Source of the DNA: Bugula neritina
Taxonomy: Eukaryota; Animalia; Bryozoa
Assembly (NCBI GenBank): GCA_964035545.1
Contig: OZ037772.1
Location: forward strand, 12,398,818-12,462,817
Direction of reading: 5' to 3'
DNA length: 64,000 nt
Shown: positions 55,751-64,000 of the stretch, piece by piece
Layout of the letters: each line of letters opens with the position of its first letter
Numbering within the stretch: position 1 is the stretch's first letter
The notes under the pieces: generated by a model
The model's database searches: none
What the model was told of the DNA's origin: nothing
The model's input: only the letters and a program-made list of their open reading frames with translations
Translations under genes and position numbers: made by a program

Positions 55751-57640
55751 ATGGCCGCAGGCGGTTCACAACAGAGAACTTACCCTTCCTATCGCTCACT
55801 GGAGTATCTTAAAGACGCCTCCCAGATTTCAATACAGGCAGCTTGGTTGGACGGCAACAAGTATTTACTTCTTTTAGCTGAGAACTCGATAACTCATTGC
55901 TGTACAGTTCAAGGGTCACCAGACGTGGTGATTAGAGACCGAACACATGCCCACATCAGGTTCTGTATTAGTGGAGCAGCTCTAGGTCTGCCGGTTATCA
56001 AGTCCTATGTACAATCTAAATATGATAAGATTGGAAAGATAAAAAATTCTAATTTGATTACCCAAAGCAGAGTGCACGGCACCATTAAAGCAGAGATAGC
56101 TGCAACAGATGATTACAGGTATGTGTATTTTGAAGAAGAAACTCATAACAGAAAAGCAAGTATCACAGTTAATGTCAAAGCCATCACTCTCAGAATGGAC
56201 GTATGCCTGCCCACTTCTGTGAAAGCATTGCTCATATCCTATGCTGTAATGTTGGCACTGTCCAGGCACAGAAATAAAGTTGTAGATTTTATGGGACCTC
56301 TATTGAGCAGCGAAGAATGCGCAAGATTATTGCCTGTATGTGACACCTGTGATGCTTTACCTATCTCTGAGAGAGGTATTCCTACAGAAGTGGACTCTAA
56401 GTTTCCCCAGACATCCCGCCTGATTCTTAGACCATTTCTGACTAACAAAGATCACAGCAAGTATTCGTTTGTGTTGATCAACCCTGCAAATAACAATGAA
56501 GTTTGCATGACTTTGGTTTATTACAAAGAGTCCGGCAGATTAGATTGTATTGAGCCCTTTGGTTCAGTCACCCATTCAGCTAAAGGGTTTAACAATTTTG
56601 ATGATGAAATGTGGTTGTATGCTAGTGCTACCGGCCACTGCCGTGGCATAGCCGGCGTCATTCCTAAATTTCAATCTGAAGAACACGTGGTTAAACTGGA
56701 AAACATAGAGAGAGAAGACCTGCACCCTAACAGAATCCTCAAATTCATAATTCTTAGAAAGTACGATCAATATTCTACTTATCCCATCATTAATTTAGAA
56801 GATGAAGAAATTGTTAGATTTACTGCATGCCCAACTCACTTGACTTTGGAAATGCTTCCCAATTTGCTCCCCAATGAGATGATGCTTTGCATTACATTTT
56901 CTCTTAAGTACATACTGAATGCCTTGAAAAATGTGTTTGATCTTCCCTGTCTACAAGTGGATCCATTCACTTCAAACTACTTTGCATACAGTCAATGGTA
57001 CTCCAATACAAGGATGCACAGGTTTGTAAATCGGATATTTGAAAAAAGAAATTTCCTGCATGTAAGAGCATCAGCTGCTCACTTCGCTAACAAAGTATTT
57101 TACTTAGATGTCATTAATCCTGTGAGATCTCAGAATGACCTACTATACAAGGTCAAATGTCATTTGGACCCCACCTTAACTGAATTGGTATCGGCAGATG
57201 TCATCAGCCGTGATGGCGCAAATACTTTGTTCCGAGTAAACTACTTCAAGCACAAAAAATTGATTACAGTTTTTAATGAGCATGTTGGAGACATTGGTGG
57301 TATTGATCATAACTCCATGTTTGATCGTAATGGCACCGAGTTGACAAAGCTGTTTCAACTAACGCCAAAAGGTGAGTGCAGTGCCAGGTACGCTCAAGAA
57401 AAGTTCATTTCTTACATGAACTATGAGCTATTCTGCACAATTCGCTCCGTTTATCATGCTTCCACTATTTCAATCTCAAGCAAGAAGGAAGAAGCGGGAT
57501 GGGTGACCAACATCCTGTTTCTTGCCTACACCATCAAAGAGTGTTTTAGCACATACAACTTCTCACAGATTCCTGTGCCCCATGTCAGTGTTTATCCCAA
57601 TAGAGGATATTTGGATGACAGTGATTTAGAAGAGGATTAA
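55751..57640 (+). CDS. Triple scramblase/Tubby-like domain protein, paralog 1 (629 aa)
   Basis: Single long ORF. SLEYLKDASQISIQ...NKY...ITLRMDVCLPTSVKALLISYAVMLAL resembles the start and end of the phospholipid scramblase domain; similar strand-then-hydrophobic-helix endings recur twice more. The ORF is certain; the domain call is inference. Confidence 0.8.
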   Translation: MAAGGSQQRTYPSYRSLEYLKDASQISIQAAWLDGNKYLLLLAENSITHCCTVQGSPDVVIRDRTHAHIRFCISGAALGLPVIKSYVQSKYDKIGKIKNSNLITQSRVHGTIKAEIAATDDYRYVYFEEETHNRKASITVNVKAITLRMDVCLPTSVKALLISYAVMLALSRHRNKVVDFMGPLLSSEECARLLPVCDTCDALPISERGIPTEVDSKFPQTSRLILRPFLTNKDHSKYSFVLINPANNNEVCMTLVYYKESGRLDCIEPFGSVTHSAKGFNNFDDEMWLYASATGHCRGIAGVIPKFQSEEHVVKLENIEREDLHPNRILKFIILRKYDQYSTYPIINLEDEEIVRFTACPTHLTLEMLPNLLPNEMMLCITFSLKYILNALKNVFDLPCLQVDPFTSNYFAYSQWYSNTRMHRFVNRIFEKRNFLHVRASAAHFANKVFYLDVINPVRSQNDLLYKVKCHLDPTLTELVSADVISRDGANTLFRVNYFKHKKLITVFNEHVGDIGGIDHNSMFDRNGTELTKLFQLTPKGECSARYAQEKFISYMNYELFCTIRSVYHASTISISSKKEEAGWVTNILFLAYTIKECFSTYNFSQIPVPHVSVYPNRGYLDDSDLEED

Positions 57641-58361
57641 AAGGCCGGAGACCAACATTTCTAAATCAGAAACCAAATGCATAACCACTATTGGCACCCA
57701 ATTGCTGAGTGTAGCAGTTATGAGATTCACAACTTTTTAGGTTCAAGTGTTTTGATGAAACTTATTTCATGCATTTTTAAAAAAAAAGTTTCAAATAAAA
57801 TTATGTAAAATTTTGTTTGTCAATATTATGTGTATTGCAACAATAAACAAATATTTTAAGCAAAAAATGTACAGCATGGGTAATAAATTAAAATTTTTAT
57901 TTTAGTTTATTTGCAAATCAATTCCTTTTAAGATCCAGTGTTGCTATAGCCATTCTCTAAGTGCTTTTAAGTAAATTGAGGAAATTGTGAAGTACTAAGT
58001 TTTATGCGGTTGCCTAAAATATTATTTATATTAAATAAAAAGGTTGTTGTTCATGTAAGTTCTTGAAGAGCATATTTCTCTTGAACAGCAAGAGAGATTT
58101 TTATTTTTTTCTGTTTCTTGTCTTGTAATTGTAAATTAGACCAACTGTTAAAATCATCATCATGCAATAAACGTAAGTCATTAAATTCAATTAAAAGAAT
58201 ACATTAGGCTATTAATCATGGTAATTTTTATTGGTTGTCTAGCATACTTGGAAATACCTAAAATTGCTCAAATAAGCAAACAATTAAAAATAAGTAAATT
58301 GACCTTTTCAAAGCATATAATAATTTTTCTTTTTAAAAATTATAAATATACAACTAACAAG

Positions 58362-60239
58362 ATGGCCGCAGGCGGCTCACGACAAGAAACTTCCCCTTCC
58401 CGTCAGTCATTGGAGTATCTTAAAGATGCTTCCCAAATTTCGATACAGGCAGCCTTGTTTGGGAACAACAAGTATTTACTTCTTATAGCAGAGAATTCTG
58501 TCACTCACTGCTGTACAATAAGCGGGTCGCCAGACGTAGTGATTAGAGACCGAAGACATACTCAGATCAGGTTCTGTATTAGTGGAGCGGCTCTAGGTCT
58601 GCCTGTTATCAAGTCTTACGTACAATCTAAGCGTGATAAGATTGGAAAAATTAAAGGTTCTCACATGATTATCCAGAGCAGACTTCACGGTGCCTTTGTA
58701 GAAGAAAGCTCTGCAGCAGATTGCAACAATAAATACGTGTATCTTGGAGAGGAAGACCAAAACAGGCTTGCAAGTATCTTGGTTAGTGACAGATTGATTA
58801 CTGTCAAAATGAACATATGCCTGCCCACTTCTGTAAAAGCCTTAGTCATATCCTTTGCTGTGATGTTGGCCCTGTCAAAGCACAGAAACAGAGTTGTAGA
58901 TTTCATGGGACCTCCATTGAACAGTGAAGAATGTGCCAGATTATTACCCGCATGTGACACCTGTAAACCTCTCTCTTGTTCTGAGCAAGGTAGTCCTACA
59001 AAAATAGACTTCAATCTACCTGTTTCTTCTCGGCTAATTATCAAACCGTTTACGACAAACGCAACACATAGAAAATACACGTTTGTGTTAATGAACTCAG
59101 CACGTAACAATGAGGTCTGCATGACTTTAGTATATTATAAAAGAAGTGGAAGGCTGGATTGCATCGAGCCTTTTGGTTCGGTGATTCATAGTGCTAAAAA
59201 ATCAGGATGTTCAAAAAATGACCTGAAGCTGTTTACTAGTCCTTCAGGACGCTGCTGGGGGTTCTCAAACTCTGCTTCTGCAGGTACAACCACATGTACT
59301 TCAGTTGAGTTGGTAAACTTGGAAAGAGAAGAGGATCACCCAAATAGACTTTTGAAGTTTCTCATTCAACAGGAAGATAGATTTTATCTCTCTTATCCAA
59401 TTATTAATACAAATGGTGAAGAGATAATTAAGTTTACCACAGTGCCAGGTTATGCGACGTTAGACATGCATCCCTGCTTGCACGACTCAGAGAAACTGCT
59501 TGCCATCATGTTTTCACTCAAGTACTATCTTAAAACAATTGAAGGAAAATTAGAGCTTCCATGTCTACAGTGTAATCGATTTAGTAATAACTACTTTGCA
59601 TATAAACAATGGCAGCCTAGCTCAAGAGTGCATAGACGCATTAATGACATGTTTGCAAGAAGAAATAATTTGCATTTGAGAGGATCTGCATTTGACCCTC
59701 TTAACCGAACCTACTTTGTAGATTGTCTTAGTACTGTACCAACTGATAATGACCTAATATACAAAGTGAAGTGTCAGTTGAACGAAGCCGCCACCGAGTT
59801 GGTCTCGGCGGAGGTCAGGAATCGTACCGAAGCTTATACGTTGTTTTACGTGAAATATTATTCTGAGAAGAATCTCATTACTGTGCAAAACGACTGCATT
59901 GGGCACATTGGTTATATTGATAACAATGTTGTCTATGATCGAGCTGGGATTCACTTGGCAGATATGCGGAGAGAGCCAGCAAGAAGAGATGTTCCGGACA
60001 ATTTTGTATCATACTTGAATGACGAGCCGTTTTGCACTATCCATTCTATTTTGCATTCAACTACTGTGGCAATTTCAAGTAAAAGGGACACATTAGGATG
60101 GATTATGAAAGTTCTCTACTTAGCGTTTACTATCAAAGAATGCTTCAGTACTTATAAGTTCTCCCAGGTTCCTTTACCAATGGTTAGTAGTCACCCTAAC
60201 CGAGCATATTTGGATGACAGTGATATTGATGAAGACTAG
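58362..60239 (+). CDS. Triple scramblase/Tubby-like domain protein, paralog 2 (625 aa)
   Basis: Colinear homolog of paralog 1; start placed at MAAGGS (58362) by homology rather than at 58218. Confidence 0.8.
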   Translation: MAAGGSRQETSPSRQSLEYLKDASQISIQAALFGNNKYLLLIAENSVTHCCTISGSPDVVIRDRRHTQIRFCISGAALGLPVIKSYVQSKRDKIGKIKGSHMIIQSRLHGAFVEESSAADCNNKYVYLGEEDQNRLASILVSDRLITVKMNICLPTSVKALVISFAVMLALSKHRNRVVDFMGPPLNSEECARLLPACDTCKPLSCSEQGSPTKIDFNLPVSSRLIIKPFTTNATHRKYTFVLMNSARNNEVCMTLVYYKRSGRLDCIEPFGSVIHSAKKSGCSKNDLKLFTSPSGRCWGFSNSASAGTTTCTSVELVNLEREEDHPNRLLKFLIQQEDRFYLSYPIINTNGEEIIKFTTVPGYATLDMHPCLHDSEKLLAIMFSLKYYLKTIEGKLELPCLQCNRFSNNYFAYKQWQPSSRVHRRINDMFARRNNLHLRGSAFDPLNRTYFVDCLSTVPTDNDLIYKVKCQLNEAATELVSAEVRNRTEAYTLFYVKYYSEKNLITVQNDCIGHIGYIDNNVVYDRAGIHLADMRREPARRDVPDNFVSYLNDEPFCTIHSILHSTTVAISSKRDTLGWIMKVLYLAFTIKECFSTYKFSQVPLPMVSSHPNRAYLDDSDIDED

Positions 60240-60847
60240 ATATATCTCACAAATACAACCTAATGCAATGATTGATCAACCCAAGTTTTTAAATACCTAA
60301 TTGTATCAAAAACCTAGCTTCTTTTCACATTGCAGTTTTGATATTTGGTTTGTTTTGTCAGGCACTGCACTGATTAACATTCTAACTATTTGCAATCAAA
60401 GTATTCTTTCGGTCATATAAAATAAAAGTAATAAAAGTAAAAAAAAGTAGAAAAAAAATAATTGTTAGTTGATGATATATATCCTCAGCAAATCTCGGCG
60501 GTAAAGCACTTAGCTGCTTATCTTAAAGATTCTTTTATTAGGCAAAAGTAATATGTAATAATATATTATATGTATGTTCAAAGCTAGTATAAATTTCAAA
60601 ATATTTTGCAAGTTGCACAAATATGATATCTAATGCAGATGCATTGTTTTAGATTCGTTATACTGAATTAATACTTTCAATTTAATCAATGGTTGAAAAT
60701 GGATTCTCGCAGAAATTGTTTGCATGCCAGGTGCATATTTTAAAAGAATTTGCTTATCTAAAAGTTAGCACACATTTAGTTTGGATGAAAGTATAATTCC
60801 AACTACTATACTACAGCTGGTCTGGAACTGGCGCATCTATTATCAAC

Positions 60848-62713
60848 ATGGCGGCAGCAGCTTCTACACAACAGGCTGCAGAACAGCCTCATCCATCTCT
60901 GAATTATCTCAGAAATGCGGACTCTATCTTAATGGGACCAACTTTCTTCAATAAGAAAAGAGTTTTAGTAATTGCATCGAAAGAGGGGGTAACTTACTGT
61001 GGTACATATGAGGATTACTTCACTGCTGACCTGGTAATTAGAGACAAAGATAATCATATCAGGTTCTGTATTGGTGGAGCTGCACTCTCTTTACCCACCA
61101 TTAGAGCCTACATTCAGCATAAAACAAGCAAAATTGGGAAAATAGTGAATGACAAGATGATTATTCATGGAGCAAGCGGCGAGAGTGGCGGTACCTTTAT
61201 ACAAGATCCTACAGTGCAAAATCAACATAAGTATAGGTACGTGGAAGAAAAAAGTAAGCAAGAAAAAGCTGGACTTTTAGTAAGCAATGGCTCATTGACA
61301 ATACGGATGGCTGTTAGCTTATCAACATCTGCTAAAGCACTCATTATAACTTATGGTGTAAATTTAGCTCTGGCTAGACACAGGGGCATGGTTTTCAACT
61401 CTTCAGTGTCGGAGTATAACATCGCACAACATTTGGGTAGTATAACCAACCAGTGCTATCCACTTCCAGATTCTAAATGTGGTAGTCCGAGGTTAGCAAC
61501 TTCCTGTATACCAAAAACCGAACATATAATAGTAAGGCTATTTCATAAAAACAAAGCACACACCAAATATTCGTTTGCCGTAATAGATGCTGACAACGGG
61601 AATGAAGTGTTTATGACTGCAGTTTACCGTCCAGATATTAAAAGATTGGAGTATGTGGAAGCATTTGGCTCTGTAGTATATTATGCATATAGTTTCGGTC
61701 ACATGTCTCATAATCTAAGGCTGCTGGCAAGTCCCATGGGAGAATGCTGTGGTGCAGTAGAGAGAGTGGAGGAAAGACATCGCTCACAAACTTTTGTTTT
61801 AGCAATTCATGAGCTGCCCAGTAACCATCCGAATTGTAGACTCAAATGCGTTTTGTCACGAGATATTAGATATTCTCAAAGTATAGACATTCTTGATTCA
61901 AATAATGAAAGTAATGTCACTATCAAGATTAGAGAGACACACATAGACTTATATATGTATTCCTTTCTATTACCTTCCGTGAAACTGTTAGCAGTTTCAT
62001 TCGCTATGAAAGTGTTACTGCAACATTTAAAATCACATGAAAAGCTGTTTTGTTCAGACTTAGAGCCCTTCAAGAAAAACTACTTTGCATATCGTCAACC
62101 TGAGAGTATGGAAACGTTTGCAGAGAATTACAACGAGATAATGAGTGACAAAAATAAACTGTGCTTTCGAGGTTCAGCTAGAGATTTTGACAAGAAGGTT
62201 TTGTTTTTAGATGCATTATACCCTAGCATGGAGGCAAGTTACATAATACTCAAACTGAAGTGTACTCTCCACCCCAACGCCATGGATCTAAAGTCTGCAG
62301 AGGTCTTGACTCCATCAGGACAGCCTATTGTTCTCATCAAATACTCAGCTGATGGCAAACTCTCCACAGTGATGAATCACTTTGCTGGTATTATCGGTAC
62401 AGTTGACAGGCAGCAGATTAAAGACGCTACAGGCACGCATCTGGCTGATATTGAGCAGAAAGGGCAAGGTAGACTCACCGTGTTTGAAGGTTCAGATTCG
62501 GCTGGCAGGATGTTTACTGTTAATATAGGCAACTGTATCGACAGTGTAGAGCTTTTTGTTGATGAAAACGCAGGGTGGAGAATGAATGTGCTTGCTCTTG
62601 CCTTTGCACTTAAAGCTGGCTTTATGGAATACAAACTCTACCAATATCCTTTACCTCGTATGGAGGCTATTTCATCTCTGGCAGATGTGGATGGAAGTGA
62701 AGAGAATGATTAA
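60848..62713 (+). CDS. Triple scramblase/Tubby-like domain protein, paralog 3 (621 aa)
   Basis: More diverged colinear homolog (VIRD..IRFCIGGAAL, NEVFMT, EAFGSV, NYFAY, FRGSA, GW motifs). Confidence 0.8.
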   Translation: MAAAASTQQAAEQPHPSLNYLRNADSILMGPTFFNKKRVLVIASKEGVTYCGTYEDYFTADLVIRDKDNHIRFCIGGAALSLPTIRAYIQHKTSKIGKIVNDKMIIHGASGESGGTFIQDPTVQNQHKYRYVEEKSKQEKAGLLVSNGSLTIRMAVSLSTSAKALIITYGVNLALARHRGMVFNSSVSEYNIAQHLGSITNQCYPLPDSKCGSPRLATSCIPKTEHIIVRLFHKNKAHTKYSFAVIDADNGNEVFMTAVYRPDIKRLEYVEAFGSVVYYAYSFGHMSHNLRLLASPMGECCGAVERVEERHRSQTFVLAIHELPSNHPNCRLKCVLSRDIRYSQSIDILDSNNESNVTIKIRETHIDLYMYSFLLPSVKLLAVSFAMKVLLQHLKSHEKLFCSDLEPFKKNYFAYRQPESMETFAENYNEIMSDKNKLCFRGSARDFDKKVLFLDALYPSMEASYIILKLKCTLHPNAMDLKSAEVLTPSGQPIVLIKYSADGKLSTVMNHFAGIIGTVDRQQIKDATGTHLADIEQKGQGRLTVFEGSDSAGRMFTVNIGNCIDSVELFVDENAGWRMNVLALAFALKAGFMEYKLYQYPLPRMEAISSLADVDGSEEND

Positions 62714-63719
62714 TGGCTGATATTATTGAAACAAATTTATGTAGTAACATATTAGTGTTGGTAGTAGAAGAAGATAAGATAACAAAAACTTGTCAATTCA
62801 CTTATTTGCATAGTTGCAGTGGTAGTTTATTTAACTTAGAAAAAATACACAAACTTTTGTACTGAAGATTTGTTGACAAATCCTCCAATCATTGAGTTCT
62901 CAAGTATATTGATGAGTCAAGTATTACATTATACTTATGTATAACAACTTAATGCTCTAAAAACATGTATGTATGTATGTATGTGTATAATAAAGAATAT
63001 TATAATAATGACCAAAATTTTGTTGTATATGTATCACAATATTAATATAATAATGACCAGAATATACTCCTTTTTATGTATAATAAGTAACAGAATGATG
63101 ACTAAAAAATATTGTAGGCCTATAATATGTGTAATAATATAATTGCCAAAATATTATTATTGAACTGTATAATGTTTTATAATATAATAATATAATGATC
63201 AAAGTAGCACTGTATTTTAATAACAGTAACAAAATGCTGCTGCATATGTGTAAAATATAATTAATACAAATATAAGAACAAAGAAATGTGTAATTAATAT
63301 TATAATGGTTGGATGTTGTTACATTCAAAATATGCAGAAGTTATTTGCTTATAAAAGTCTAAATGGCAGATGCAATTTTATTCATTTAAGATTTTTTACT
63401 TATTATATTTCAAATGTGACTGAACTAAGCAAATTGAATTAAAAAAATACATTTTCTGCTTCTAAAGGAAAGGTGTAAAAATTAAACTGAAAGTTAGAGA
63501 AAAACAACGAGCATGCTAAATCTAGTGTTCTTTTGAGTAAAAACATTCTTTTGAAAAAATATTAAAGATATTTATTGAAATATTCCTGTTATTTGAAACG
63601 CATAGCAAACTGCACATTCTTGTGCAAAAAGCAAAAAAAAAACAAAGTATTTAGTTGCTTAAAGTTTTCAAGTTACAGCTGCTAGTCTGGTACTAGAGTG
63701 TAACAAGATTGTAATACAA

Positions 63720-64000
63720 ATGGCTACAGCAGGTTCTGGGCAACTCTGTGCCGACAGAGAGTCATCTTATCCGTCACTGGAATATCTCAGGAATTCCAGC
63801 TCTATCTCAATAGGTCCATCATTCTTTAGGGGTAATAAATTCTTGCTACTTGTGTCGAATGACTCAGTTACTCACTGCTGTCCTCATGACAAGCACTCAA
63901 GCGCTGACCTCGTTATCAGAGACAGAGATCACGCCAACGTCAGGTTCTGTATTGGTGGAGCTGCTTTGGCCTTACCCACCATTAGAGCCTACATTCAGCA
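63720..64000 (+). CDS. Paralog 4, truncated by the window end
   Basis: MATAGSGQLCADRESSYPSLEYLRNSSSISIGPSFFRGNKFLLLVSNDSVTHCCPHDKHSSADLVIRDRDHANVRFCIGGAALALPTIRAYIQ; missing from the ORF track. Confidence 0.88.
   Translation, partial: MATAGSGQLCADRESSYPSLEYLRNSSSISIGPSFFRGNKFLLLVSNDSVTHCCPHDKHSSADLVIRDRDHANVRFCIGGAALALPTIRAYIQ

Noticed and set aside
58218-58361. 48-aa N-terminal extension of paralog 2 in the ORF track
   Set aside because: AT-rich and not homologous to the other paralogs, which all start at MA(A/T)(G/A); the true start is most likely 58362.
55982-62634. Antisense ORFs within the scramblase-like genes, plus 9026-9410 and 38201-38539
   Set aside because: Shadow frames of real CDS or coding repeats with no independent support.

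Overview
AT-rich, intron-containing animal (invertebrate-like) genomic DNA, not prokaryotic; most short ORFs in the supplied track are artefacts of minisatellites. Splice-phase-consistent gene models built by hand: (1) 3' end of an unidentified + strand gene (1-3141); (2) a spliced zinc-finger + stand-alone APE/EEP endonuclease gene with no reverse transcriptase (6861-9373, one frameshift), preceded by decayed tandem APE copies; (3) SSNA1/NA14 on the - strand, head-to-head with (4) a ~33-exon AKNA gene (16704-39659); (5) a ~4.4 kb imperfect palindrome (about 40860-45320) with strongly conserved internal blocks; (6) RPL28; (7) PFDN6; (8) an intronless-CDS SOCS-box gene on the - strand, divergently arranged with (9) a tandem array of at least four ~620-aa genes that appear to consist of three scramblase/Tubby-like domains. 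Introns are crowded with minisatellites that often start or end exactly at splice sites. The best candidates for undescribed biology are the triple-scramblase array with its SOCS-box neighbour, the giant palindrome, and the apparently domesticated ZnF-APE gene. Identities and copy numbers are eyeball estimates; no searches were run.
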